A DNA stretch of 64,000 nt from Octopus sinensis (Eukaryota). The position numbers and the translations under genes were made by a program. The notes below the pieces were generated by a model that did no database searches, had not been told where the DNA came from, and saw nothing but the letters and a program-made list of their open reading frames with translations. Location: assembly GCF_006345805.1 (NCBI RefSeq), contig NC_043005.1, forward strand, positions 85,436,001 to 85,500,000. The letters run 5' to 3'. Of the stretch, positions 13,866-27,463 are shown piece after piece (the stretch's first letter is position 1; each line of letters opens with the position of its first letter).

Positions 13866-14326
13866 ATTATGTATACATGCAAGGCATATGTATATGTCAA
13901 CAGACTCCCAACCACACTTGAGAATAAAAATCTATGTAATTTTTACTTTTAAGTGTGTATGTATAATTGTCTATTTGTTCATATGCATCCATACGCATAC
14001 ATAATACTTGTACAAAAGCGTAACTCCTTTGGCAAGTTAATATATATTTCTATGTGTAAACACACATACAAGAAAATTGCAACATATAGATACACATTCA
14101 CAAACAATTAAATATATATATATGTATACACAATTTTAAAAAAGCGATAAAATCTTTATAAGAATTTATCAAGTAGTTAGCATTAAAATCATCATAAGAG
14201 AAAAATCCACCAATTTTTCTCTTAAATATATTTACTTATATTATTTATTTATTTATTTAATGCCCTCTATATGATATATATATATATATTTAAAAAGATT
14301 TGTAGAGGTAACACACGAGTAAGTAG

Positions 14327-14770
14327 ATATTTATGAAATACAAGAACGAAAATGCTACGAAACTGGGTTCATTTTGATTTACCTTTTACATGTTTCGGTT
14401 TTTGAAAAACTTATCAAAAATATGTACTAAAATGGAATATGCAAAGAGAAAAGAGCTATTAATAAAATTAAATAACTATAAAAATTAAGATTAACATTCA
14501 GAGTAGTAATTTGCGGTCACAGTCAGTTGAACTTGTCATGCTACCACAATCAAAGGATATTATCACGTGTTCTTGCAGGAAAAGGAAAGTAAACTATGAA
14601 TGTTAATCTTAATTTTAATTTAATTTTTTAATGGTTCTTTTCTCTTTACATATTGCATTTTAGTCCATATTTTTGATAAGGTTTTTCAAAAACCGAAACA
14701 TGCAAAAGGAAAATTAAAATGTACCCAATTTTAAGAAAGTAGCATTTTCGTTCTTGCTTTTCATAAATAT
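14327..14770. repeat. Inverted repeat, ~170-bp arms and ~96-bp spacer, with degenerate hammerhead-like motif
   Basis: Arms 14327-14500 and 14597-14770. Motif TTGATAA-ggtttttcaaaaacc-GAAACatg. Confidence 0.8.
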
Positions 14771-15152
14771 AAATACTTTATTAAAAAGCAGCTAAAATAT
14801 CACAAAAACTGTTACTCAGAGTTTCACTTTCCCATTCGTTGGATAGTTTTGTTTAGAATTACTCTACCTCTGGTATTTGAGTACTATTTTTCCCACCTTG
14901 TGCTTACTCTGGTATATATATATATATATATATATATATAGCAATTAAGGACAACTACTTAATAAGGAAAACTTAACAAGAAATTGTCAGGTAGATAGCG
15001 TGAAAACCTCATAAGAGAAAAAATTTCGAAAATAATTATTTCTTATTGAACATATTAATTTATATATAGAGGGCATATACATACATGCCAGAAGGCATTA
15101 TACATAAATGCCACACGCTTATATAGATATATATATATATATAAATGCCACA

Positions 15153-15215
<63 letters not shown>

Positions 15216-15219
15216 GCTT

Positions 15220-15460
15220 AAGGTATTTGGGGACATACCTGTTTCGGGTCATTGCTGCATATTTTGCTAACTCTGTATACTCCTTGTTTCAGAAAATAAT
15301 AATGGCAGACTCTCAGCTTACTCAAGAAATGAAGAGGCATGCTGTTATTGTGGTTATAAATGCTGAGCATAGCGATTTAGAAATACCTAGATTTTGAAAA
15401 ATTGCCAGATCTTTCGTCTACAAAGTTTGCAAGAAGCTAGAGGCTGAGGATGGAAACTTA
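15220..15460 (+). pseudogene. Tc1/mariner-type transposase 5' remnant
   Basis: From ATG at 15302: MADSQLTQEMKRHAVIVVINAEHSDLEIPRF*KIARSFVYKVCKKLEAEDGN. Confidence 0.55.
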
Positions 15461-15474
15461 TCACACACATACAC

Positions 15475-15935
15475 TCATCATCATTGTCGTTGTTGTTATT
15501 TAACATCCACTTTCCATGCTGGCATGGGTTGGATGGTTTGACTGGGGTTTGGGAAGCCAGGGGGCTGCACTAGGCCCCAATCTGATCGGGCAATGTTTCT
15601 ACAGCTGGATGCCCTTCCTAACGTCAAACACTCTGAGAGTGTAGTGGGTGCTTTTTACGTGCCGCTGGCATGGGAATGAGTCAGGCGGCGCTGGTAATGA
15701 CTACGTTTGGATGATGCTTTTAATATTCCACCAGCACAGGAGCCATTTGTGTGTGTGTGTGTGGGGGGAGGGAATGGCATCGACCACATTCGGATGGTGC
15801 TTTTTACATGCCACCGGCACAGGGAGCCAGTCAGGCAGCACAGACATTGACCCATGCTTGAATGGTGCTTATTACATGCCACCAGATTGGGTACCAGTCA
15901 GGCGGCACCGGAATCGGCCACAACAACAATTTCCA
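15475..15935 (-). mobile_element. Repeat family C
   Basis: Same tail and tandem modules as the other copies. Confidence 0.85.
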
Positions 15936-16406
15936 TTTTGATTTCAATCTCAATTTGCTTTTGATTTGGATTTTTGATATTTGATTTTTGAATTTTTGAT
16001 TTTACTTGATTGAATGGGTGTTATCAAGCACAGTTTACACAAAGTCTATTACATGGAAGTAAGTTGAAACAAAACTGGCCAGGGAGTGTTGTGTAGGATC
16101 ACAAGGGGAAGATATGCCCTTGTGTCGAAATCAGATGCCCCTGGACACTTGGTGGTGAGAAAAATATAAAAGAAAGGAGACAGCTAGGGATTACTGATAA
16201 GGAGTTTGCAGTCCCCAAGACGTACTTTCAGTTTCATGCTTATTATCACTGGAGCAACAGAACCGTATATCACTCTGGCTGGGGCAAAATATGGCTGAAC
16301 TTGTGTTTTTGGAGACATAATGCAACTCCTTGACCAATTGGCTATCAAGGATTAAGATGTCTGACATAATAAAAGTTTGCAAGACTTTAAGATTTAAAGG
16401 AAGATT

Positions 16407-16600
16407 AAGGCAGCATGCTGGGCAAAATGCTTAGCCGTATTTCATCTGTCTTTACGTTCTGAGTTCAAATTCTGTTGAGGTTGACTTTGCCTTTTATCCT
16501 CTTCGGATCGATAAATTAAGTACAAGTTGCATACTGGGGTCGATCTAATCGACTAGCCCCCTCCCCCAAAATTTCGGGTCTTGTGCTTAGAGTAGAAAAG
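16407..16600 (+). mobile_element. SINE family A
   Basis: aaatgcttagccgtatttc...gagttcaaattc...gaggttgactttgcctttt...agagtagaaaaga. Confidence 0.85.
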
Positions 16601-16852
16601 ATTTAAAGGAAGATGGAACAAGCAAAATGCTTTCCTTCACAACCTTGCTTTGAAAGAGAGGGGCAGTCAAAATAATCTGAAAATAAATGAGAAAAAGAAG
16701 ACATACATGTATACAAGCATTTTTATACAACTTTCATATCTATAGAAAAGTTTAAACTCATTTTTCATATATACACATCGCAAGTTTATAATGTAATCTA
16801 CAGTATGAATATATCTATGTACATATGTTTATACACACCACGTGTGTGTGTG

Positions 16853-16900
<48 letters not shown>

Positions 16901-17114
16901 AAATGGAGATCAAGCACAAAAACATCATAAGGACGTGGTACATGCAAAGTATTTGCAGATGCTCAGGGAAGGAAAGAAATGTGTTTTTTATGTTATGAGC
17001 AAAGCTCTTTTTCAGAAACAAGTGACAGAGGAAAGTTCAAGTAAAAAGGAAGACAGAGGAAAAAATCACCCACGATTCACATGTGGTTAGATTTAAAATA
17101 TATATATATATATA

Positions 17115-17523
17115 GGCGCAGGAGTGGCTGTGTGGTAAGTAGCTTGTTTACCAACCACATGGTTCCGGGTTCAGTCCCACACTGTGTGGCACCTTGGGCA
17201 AGTGTCTTCTACTATAACCTCGGGCTGACCAAAGCCTTGTGAGTGAATTTGGTAGACGGAAACTGAAAGAAGCCCGTCGTATATATATATATATGCGTGT
17301 GTGTATTTGTGTGTCTGTGTTTGTCCCCCTAGCATTGCGTGACAACCGATGCTAGTGTGTTTATGTCTCCGTTACTTAGCGGTTCGGCAAAAGAGACCGA
17401 TAGAATAAGTACTGGGCTTACAAAAGAATAAGTCCCGGGGTCGATTTGCTCGATTAAAGGCGGTGCTCCAGCATGGCCGCAGTCAAATGGCTGAAACAAG
17501 TAAAAGAAAAAAGAAAGAAAGAA
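17115..17523 (+). mobile_element. SINE family B, full length and little diverged
   Basis: ggcgcaggagtggctgtgtggtaag...gaaacaagtaaaag. CpGs are retained. Confidence 0.92.
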
Positions 17524-17537
17524 TACATGAGTGGCAT

Positions 17538-17693
17538 AGGCGAAGGAGTGGGTGTGTGGTAAGTAATTTGCTTACCAACCACATGGTTCTGGGTTCAGTC
17601 CCACTGTGTGGTACTTTGGGCTACTACTACAGATTTGGGCCAACCAAAGCCTTTTGAGTGGATTAGGTCGACAGAAGCTGAAAGAAGCCCATC

Positions 17694-17728
<35 letters not shown>

Positions 17729-17960
17729 ATGTATGTATACATACATATATGTGTGTTTGTGTGCGTTTGTCCCCCCACCATTGATTGACAACCAATGCTG
17801 GTGTGTTTATGTTCCCGTCACCTAGTGGTTTGGCAAAAAGACACCAATAATACAATACTAGGCTTACAAAGAATAAGTCCCGGAGTTTATTTGCTCGACT
17901 AAAGGTGGTGGTCCAGCATGGCTGCAGTCAAATGACTGAAATGAGTAAAAGAATAAAAGA
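17538..17960 (+). mobile_element. SINE family B, tandem neighbour
   Basis: Second full copy immediately downstream. Confidence 0.9.
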
Positions 17961-18041
17961 ATATATACATACATGCACACACATATGTATGTATATGTGT
18001 TTATATATATATATATACATACATACACACACACATATATG

Positions 18042-18072
<31 letters not shown>

Positions 18073-18074
18073 GT

Positions 18075-18250
18075 AGGGCAATTTTTGATTGCCTCGGTAA
18101 CTGATGAGATGCCGGAGCAGTTTTCCACCCCAACATCTGAAACTTGGTGTTTTATTATGGCAACCAAATAATTGTCACATATTATATTACAGATAAATTC
18201 ATCTATTTACATAATTTTGAGGTCTCATTCATTCTTTATTGTCTTACCAT
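18075..18250 (+). mobile_element. Penelope-like short element with type I hammerhead motif (18096-18156)
   Basis: ggtaa-CTGATGA-gatg...catc-t-GAAACttggtGTT-ttatt. Homologous to 10292-10470. Confidence 0.65.
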
Positions 18251-18255
18251 ACTAT

Positions 18256-18329
<74 letters not shown>

Positions 18330-19055
18330 TGTGTGTGTGTGTGTGTGTACACAAACACACAAAATCCATACACGTGTGTATATTTATGTATACATACAAA
18401 CATTCATATATTCATACTTATATAAAATATTCAGTGTAAATATAATAGGACGTAAAAATTTTAAGAGAACATAATTTCAGTATCTGTGAGTTAACGATAA
18501 TGATAACGACCAACATTTAGTGAAAGTTTTTACAAATATAGTTTTCTAACATAGCCTTTGTTGCTGCCTTTGTGACTAATATTGCCCTAGCCTTTGTTGT
18601 TGCAGTTGTTGTTGTTGTTGATGTTGTTGTAGTTGTTGTTACTATATTTGTATATAATTTTAAGCGATATCAGATATATTGACTGTAGTACATTTGATAA
18701 CCTAATTTTATAAACTGTGGGTGGGGCATTACTTGAGGGATTAGGTTCAGCTCTTGTAGGAAATAAACTTCGGGTTGGCAGCAGAGCCAACATCATTTAA
18801 TGAATTTATTATTGATTAAAATACTTTGTATCTGAGCATAAGGCAATTATAATACATATATGTATACATACATATATACATACATATTACCACATATATA
18901 TAACCACATGTATCTAGCCAGCTAGGTAAATGTGTAAATACACACACAGACGCACATATATATGTATGTATGTATATATGTATATATATATACATATGTG
19001 TACGCACATATACAGGGCATATATGTGTATGTATATATGTATGTACGTATGTAAG

Positions 19056-19090
<35 letters not shown>

Positions 19091-19136
19091 TATATATATT
19101 TATATATATATATATATATATATGTGTATATATATA

Positions 19137-19335
19137 TGTAAAGTTAATCCAAACAGAAGACAAAAAAGACAACAAACGCAAGAGGTGGAACAATTAAGTA
19201 TTATTAGGCGCTCAGGAAAAAGGGGAAGGAGGAGTATGACGGTTTCGAGCGGAGCTCTTCGTCGGAAACATAGGAGAAAGAAAGATCCCGAGGTGGAGGA
19301 CAGAGGGAAAAAAATGCAAGTGGTCTCACGAGGTC
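19137..19335 (-). mobile_element. Family F element
   Basis: Minus strand ttt-CCGACGA-agagctccgctc-GAAACcGTC. Lies within TA-rich microsatellite. Confidence 0.6.
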
Positions 19336-19356
19336 GACATATATATGTATATACAC

Positions 19357-19655
19357 ATCCAAGCGTGATCGTAGCCAGGGCTGTGGATTGGTTCCTGTGC
19401 TGGTGGCATGTAAAAAGCACCATTTGAGCATGATCGTTGCCAGTGTTGCCTTAAATAGCACATGTTCTGGTGGCACGTAAAAAGCACCCACTACACTTCC
19501 GGAGTGGTTGGCGTTAGGAAGGGCATCAAGATGTAGAAACTTTGCCAGATCAGATTGGAGCCTTGTGCAGCCTTCTGGCCAAATAGTCCTCAGTCAAACC
19601 GTCCAACCCAAACCAGTATGAAAGTGGCCGTTAAACTATGACGATGACGAAGATG
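19357..19655 (+). mobile_element. Repeat family C
   Basis: gtggttggcgttaggaagggcatc...(gat/gac)n tail. Confidence 0.85.
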
Positions 19656-19659
19656 ATAT

Positions 19660-20725
19660 ATATATATATCTATATATATATACACAAACATATATATGTA
19701 TGCATATATGTTTATATTTATAACTGCATGTTCATATTTACACACATATGCAGATATACCCATATGCATATAAAAAATTTATAATGGACCACACACCCAC
19801 ACACACAGACACACATATCGAGCATACCACACATATACACATATATTTATAAACCTGCCCACCTACTTATATATATAAATATTTATATATATGTATATAT
19901 ACACATACATAGAAACAACACATATACATATATGTATATATATATGTAAATATACGTATATATACATATATATATGTATATATGTATATATATATATATA
20001 TATATACACACACATACACACACATATATAGACACAAAAGCATGCATGCAAATCTATCTATCTAGCTAGCTATATATCTATCAATCTATCAATCTATCCC
20101 TCTATATATATACATATTTATATACATATATATATATACAAATACATATAGTAATATACAAACATTATTGAATAATGCCAACAATAGGAGAAATTATTGT
20201 AAATATGATAACACTAAAAATATTAATAGTAATGATAAAAATAATGATTGGTATAACAACCATACGATTATTGATTTCTCTCCCTTGATAATAATAACAA
20301 CAACAACAAAAAAACAAAAATAATACTAGTAATAATATTAATAATAATAATAATAATAATATAATAATAATAATGACACATGGCGATGATACTAATAATA
20401 AAGGCAACACACAGAGGGATAATAAAGGGGTGCAAATAATAATAGAAATTGTGGAAATGAATAAAAATAATAAATATTGCCAACAAAATCACAATTGATT
20501 TGTATTGTTTTGTTGGGTCTACTTTGATATTTGTGTCTGCTGGTGTATATATATATTTTGTTTCTTTCATATTCTGGGTGTTTTTTTGTATTTGTTTTCT
20601 TACATTACACATACATTCACACACAAGCATACACACCCACTCCTATATGCACACACAGGCACATGCAAGAACACAAGCACACACACATGCATGATATAAA
20701 CACACACATATGTATACACCATGAT

Positions 20726-20760
<35 letters not shown>

Positions 20761-20831
20761 GTGTATATATATATGTGTATACATATATATATGGGATAAT
20801 GTATGAATGTAAGAATTGTATTTGTGTTTGA

Positions 20832-20879
<48 letters not shown>

Positions 20880-21095
20880 CTATATACATGTATGTATATG
20901 TAGGTATATATGTGTATATATATATATATATGTGTATATATATTTGTACAAATCTATATATATTCACACGCATAAACATATGTGAGCATGCATGATCTCT
21001 CAGTGCTGTACATATGCACAATGAATGATCCTGAAATAACTCTCAGTGTGTATATACATACATACATACATACACACCCCCACCCCCCACACCCC

Positions 21096-21141
<46 letters not shown>

Positions 21142-21643
21142 CACACATTCCTACATTCACAGATACATACATACATTTGTACATACAGATGTACATATAT
21201 ATATATGTGTGTGTATAGATATATGTGTGTGTATGTGTGTATGTGTGTGTGAGTATATATGCAGATATTCGGGCTGAGAAGGACACACACGTGTATGTAT
21301 GCATATGTACTTCTATCAAGTGTTTATCTATATCTTATCTAATCAATATATACGTCTGCCTGTGTTCAATAGTATATTTATATGTTTATGTATATACCTC
21401 CATGGGTGATTGAATATATACATACACATACACAAACTCATGCACATACACATACACACACAAACACTTATATACATACATATATACACATATGCATAAG
21501 TATACATAAATACATATACACCCATACGCACACAAACACATATACATACGTACATATATACATAGAAGGCTCAATGTCTATTATTGTCATTATTATTATT
21601 AGTATCAATATTGTTATTATCATCATCAATATCATTATCATTG

Positions 21644-21688
<45 letters not shown>

Positions 21689-21768
21689 TAATAATAATAA
21701 TGATAATAATAATAATAATAGCAATAATAATAGTAATAATAATAACAATGATGATGATGATAATAATG

Positions 21769-21817
<49 letters not shown>

Positions 21818-22087
21818 TTGGAGGTTTATTGCATATTTATTGTTGCAGGTGAAGTGAGGTGAAAGAGGAACGATAAAAATATTGCTTCATCTGTAGGTGT
21901 ATCGAAGAGTATTCTCCACTCCCCCCTGTGGAACAACGCCCGCTCTTCTCTTACACCCCCTGCCTTGCATATATCGTATATTTGGGTAATTTACAATGTC
22001 TAGTTCTCCGTTTACAAAACATATATCGACTCTGGACACGTATACATATTTGTGTGTTCCTACGTCTTAAGATACAAATGTACGTGT

Positions 22088-22126
<39 letters not shown>

Positions 22127-22361
22127 TGTGTGTAAGTGTGTGTCAGCGTTTGTGTGTGTATGTGTACCTATATATATACACATACACACACACACACACA
22201 TATATATATATACACGTACACACACATATGTATCTATACATGCATATATATTCACGTATATATTTACACATAAAAATACCAACATATACATAAGTATATA
22301 TATACATACCCATATGCAAACATGCATTATACATATTATATATCTATACACACACATATAT

Positions 22362-22409
<48 letters not shown>

Positions 22410-22492
22410 TACACACACACACACATACATACAAATATACTTATCATATACATATGTATATATATATGTGTGGTGCTTGCTTGTGTATCTAT

Positions 22493-22526
<34 letters not shown>

Positions 22527-22622
22527 GTATATATAGATATATAGGTCGATACATATGCATACATACATACATACATACATATATATATATATATATTATA
22601 CTCCGGTATATATATATATATC

Positions 22623-22657
<35 letters not shown>

Positions 22658-22675
22658 GTATATATGTATATATAT

Positions 22676-22706
<31 letters not shown>

Positions 22707-22861
22707 TGACAACAAATTACATACATAATGCATATATACACACATATTTGTAGCGGGAGATGTGAGAATCATAATCTTCAGTTTATGAATTATTTATGCA
22801 AAAACAAGAAATACAAAAAGAAAATACAAAAGAAAAAAAAGTAAAAAAAACAACAACAACA

Positions 22862-22892
<31 letters not shown>

Positions 22893-23525
22893 TAGATTCT
22901 AAAATACAAACAAGAGAAAATTATAGAACCATACTAAATAATGCCGCCATAATTCCAACTTTCTCCTCCCCTGAAACAAAACCAAAAAAACCTACATAAA
23001 CAAAGACAGTTCCAGAGAGTTCTTTGATATTAGTCTTTATCATCTTTACCATTTTATATTCTTTTTTTTATATTTCTTATCTTTTCATCTATTATCCGTT
23101 TGCTTTTGTTGAGGGCTTTTATTATTCGTTTTTCTTTGTTTTTATTCTTAGCTGTCTTTTTTTTTCAATTATTTTTTCCCCTTTTTTTCAATGTTTTTCT
23201 GTTCGGTTTTCATTCACTTTTATTTTGAAATGTTTTCGGTTTTGTTTTTGCTGGTATTGTTGTTGTTGCTCGCTGTTTTGTTTTTCGTGTGTGGGCGGCG
23301 GTGGTGTTGGCATCAGCAGTGTTATTATCCAGTTGTTGTTGTTGTTATTATTATTATCTGGTTGGGTGGATGGATGAGTATGTGTATGTGTGTGTGTGTG
23401 TGTGTGTGAGGCAGGAGGGGGCGGGGTAGTGTTTTTGACTTTCAAGAAAAGCATTGCAATGATTTCTTGTGCTTAAACAATGAAAGGAAATAAATGAACG
23501 TAATTGACAACAAACAAACATATGT

Positions 23526-23604
<79 letters not shown>

Positions 23605-23869
23605 CATTCATGCACATACATATTTATACACACATACACACATATATACATAGCATACAAACATACACACACATACATATACATACATATATATAAATAT
23701 ATAGATTCATGCACATACATATCTATACATACACACACATATATATACATAGCATACATACACACACTCATATATATATATATATATGCAAACATACATA
23801 TACATACACACACACACATATATATATATATGCACACATACATATACATATATATACATATATTCATGC

Positions 23870-23902
<33 letters not shown>

Positions 23903-24012
23903 CAAGTATACATATACTCAGATGTATATATAGATATCTATGTGTGAGTACACACACAAGCATACACACATACACACATACACACATACATGCACACATA
24001 TGCTTATATATA

Positions 24013-24043
<31 letters not shown>

Positions 24044-24045
24044 CC
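19660..24045. repeat. 4.4-kb mosaic of TA/CA/AAT microsatellites and low-complexity DNA
   Basis: Directly visible. The ORFs here are poly-YI/HT/CV artefacts. Confidence 0.9.
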
Positions 24046-24454
24046 TCTGCATGTATAATTAAAATAACAATAAATGTATGTATGACAGATTATTCTAATG
24101 TAGAATATGAGGACGGAAAGAGTAACATTGTATTTTTTGTCCAGTTTTACCATATTTTCAATTCTACAAAGCTTCCTGAAATATCATTGTGCAGTGGTGA
24201 TCATTGCACAGGTGGAGTGATTAAGGGCTTTTATTTAGGGTTCAAAATGCTGAGCGAAATCAATAATTACGAAGTGAAACAGTGATATAGAAACGAGTTC
24301 TCTGTTGTAAAATAATTTGGTGGCAACAAATTGCATGGAAAATGCATGTTTCTCTTGAGTGTCTACTGGTTTCAAATGTAGGTACAAGCCAGAAATGTCA
24401 GGGGAAAGGACAAGTCAATTACATCGACCCCAGTACTCAACTGGTAATTAATTC

Positions 24455-25200
24455 ATTGACTCTGGTTTTGCATGTCCACTGACATTACCCATCCAGTCGA
24501 ACTTGCTGGTTTCGTTTCTTTCAAGCCTTCTCAGATCCTCTGTAGTCAAAGCCCATGTTTCACTGCAATGCAGCATAGCTGTACGTACACAGGCATCATA
24601 CAATCTGCCTTTCACTCTGAAGGAGAGGCCCTTTGTTACCAACAAAAGTAAAAGCTCTCTAAACGTTAGCCTAGCATCTACCTTTTCAGAACTTCCTCCT
24701 CCACAGCTAACTTCGTCTCCTAGGTAACAGAAGCTATCTACTACTTCTAAGGATCCCCTGAGCATTTGACAAAGTCTATTCCCTGCGCATTCTTAGTGTT
24801 TATTGTACCTGCACATCTGCTACACACAAAGCCTACTTTCTCTGTTAACCTTCCCATGATACTACTGCACCTCTTATGTGTCCATATCTTGCACTGGGTT
24901 CACCTAATGGAGTTTCCACCAACACCTTTCCAACATATTTAACAGGATCATCTCCCTGAAGGGATTTTGTGATTTGTCTGTTTTCCAACTTACTAGGACT
25001 TAGGTCTTCGCTAAATTAACTGTAATGTCATAAGATTCCAGACCTTTCTTCCATAACCGAAATCTCCTCTCTAGTTCGGGGAGCGATTCAGCAATAGGAA
25101 TAAAGTCACCAGCATTGAGGAGCTCCTAAGGGCAGCCGATCCTAAATTCGTTTGTTATGGCTTGGAAAACTATGATAAACAGCAGGGGTCTGAGAACCAA
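24455..25200 (-). pseudogene. RTE-clade LINE fragment (RT C-terminal region with Cys-rich insert)
   Basis: LEVVDSFCYLGD...FRELL.LL..KGLSFRVKGRLYDACVRTAMLH.SETW...LERNE, with an upstream VGGNSIR*TQCKIWTHKRCS segment. Broken by frameshifts and stops. Confidence 0.85.
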
Positions 25201-25233
25201 TCCTTGGTAAACTCTTACTTGTACATTAAATTA

Positions 25234-25272
<39 letters not shown>

Positions 25273-25821
25273 TCTCTCTCTCTCTCTTTGTATATCGATC
25301 GCGAGAGTGATGGTACACCTGGCAATTGCCTCCTCAGTACTTCATATAGGATTCTGGCTAGCCTAGTAGTACAATAATTGAAGGAAGATCCGTCAGACTC
25401 CGACTAATACAGAAGGGGAATATTATGCAACTCCAAGGTAAGATCCAGTAGGCTTAATATAAGCCCTGCAAAGGGAATAATAATAAAAGGCACTACACAC
25501 ATCCTGCGTGAAACACTTTTAATACGGTAAAAATAAGAGAATCACAGCGAACCACAGCACATACCCAAGGCACACAGATCTGTGCTTGGTAGTGCAGTGA
25601 AAGCACTTCCTCGGGTATCTTGATTCGATAACACAGTTAATCTAATGAGGAAGTTTGAAATGGATGTATTTATGGGTGTATCAACAACATGCAAACAGAC
25701 CTGAATATATAAAACCCTCATTTGATACATCATTTAAGAGTCAAGATAATTAATCATAATAAAAAATATTAAAAAAGTAATAGAAGACATAAAAGATGAA
25801 AAATAAAGTAAATAATAAAGT

Positions 25822-26126
25822 TGATTGTAAGTTATCATATAGATCAAGGTTATCGTATAGATGAAAGTTATATAGATCAAATTTATCAAATAGGTCAAAT
25901 TTATCAAATAGATCAAAGTTATATAGATAAAAGTTATCATGTAGATCAAAGTTATTAAATAGGTCAAAGTTATATAGATGAAAGTTATCATATAGATCAA
26001 AGTTATTGAATAGGTCAAAGTTATGAAATAGGTCAAAGTCATCATATAGATGAAAGTTATCATATAAATCAAAGTTATACAGATCAAAGATATCAAATAG
26101 ATACAAGTTATCATATAGGTCAAAGC
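25822..26126. repeat. Minisatellite with 15-18-bp units, tag(a/g)tcaaagttat(ca)
   Basis: About 17 degenerate tandem units are visible. Confidence 0.9.
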
Positions 26127-26465
26127 ATTTCTTATTGGACGACTTTTAAGCCATTTTTGTGACCTCTGTTGACGATACTAGGCCGTTGGAAGAAATGGCT
26201 GAGCCAAAGAACAGGAAGGATGTATTGAATTTTCCTTTTTCGCAATGAAATAATTTAATTGTCCATGAGAAATATGAACTGTGTATTAAAACGAAATGTT
26301 TTCCAGAGGTGTGTGAATGTGATTTTAGCTAAGACAAGAAATCAAAGAATTCGGACTAAATGCTGGTTTTCTTGCCTGATACTTTCACCTGTACCTATGA
26401 GCTGTGTGTTTCTCTTCAAGGAAAAGTGATAAATATGAGATCTGATGAAAAAGTATCGAGACTAT

Positions 26466-26930
26466 TCTTTTCTACTCTAGGCACAAGGCTCGAAATTATT
26501 TGGGGGTGGGGGCAGTCGATTAGATCGACCTCAGTATGCAACTGGTACTTAATTTATCAACCCCGAAAGGAAGAAAGGCACAGTCGACCTCGGTGGAATT
26601 TGAGTTCAGAACACAAAGACAGACGAAATACCTATTTCTTTACTACCCACAAGGGGATAAACAGAGAGAGAGAGAGGAGAGAGAGAAAGAGAGAGAGGAC
26701 ATATATATATTTCTTCATTGCCCACAAGGGGCTAAACATAGAGGGGACAAACAAGGACAGACAAACGGATTAAGTCGATTATATCGACCCCAGTGCGTAA
26801 CTGGTACTTATTTAATCGACCCCAAAAGGATGAAAGGCAAAGTCGACCTCGGCGGAATTTGAACTCATAGCGTAACGGCAGACGAAATACCGCTAAGTAA
26901 TTCACCTGGTGTGCTACTGTTTCTGCCAGC
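26466..26930 (-). mobile_element. SINE family A, multimeric body
   Basis: Same duplicated-core organisation as 1231-1636, plus an internal (GA)n tract. Confidence 0.88.
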
Positions 26931-27094
26931 ATCAAGACTATTGCTATAGTAACGGATCTAAAGTATGCAGAGTGAAGCTGCTTGGCACAGATTGCACACC
27001 ATTATAGCGTTAACGCTCCCTTCTGTTGCTTATAGTAGGGCTTGGAAGTAAACTGTAGAGTGCGGTCGTCTGAAAAAGCGGTCTGGGTTTCTGA

Positions 27095-27200
27095 TGTGCA
27101 AGGTCTCTTTGATTGTGTCGAGGAAGAAAAAGTGTTTTTTAAAACGGTCACAACAGGTGACAAATCGTGGGTCTATGGCTATGACCCTGAAAGCAAGGAC
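27095..27200 (+). pseudogene. Mariner transposase fragment (first catalytic Asp region)
   Basis: FFKTVTTGDKSWVYGYDPESK matches the mariner ITGDE(T/S)WVY.YDPE.K motif. Confidence 0.75.
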
Positions 27201-27300
27201 GCTTTTGGAAATGGCGTCAAAAATCATTTCATTGATTTCTTTTTACTACTGAACGCCTGAAGATTTTTGTAAAGTGAGTACATAAATTAACCAAATAACT

Positions 27301-27379
<79 letters not shown>

Positions 27380-27463
27380 GGGAGAAAGAGAGAGGGAGAG
27401 AAAGAAAGGGAGAGAGATGTATATGTGTATGCCTCTGAGTGGAGCATATATACTACAGAAATA

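Noticed and set aside
13655-15460. Two inverted transposase 5' remnants as the ends of one composite transposon
   Set aside because: They point away from each other, are substantially diverged, and no enclosing TIR or TSD is visible. Independent remnants are the simpler explanation.
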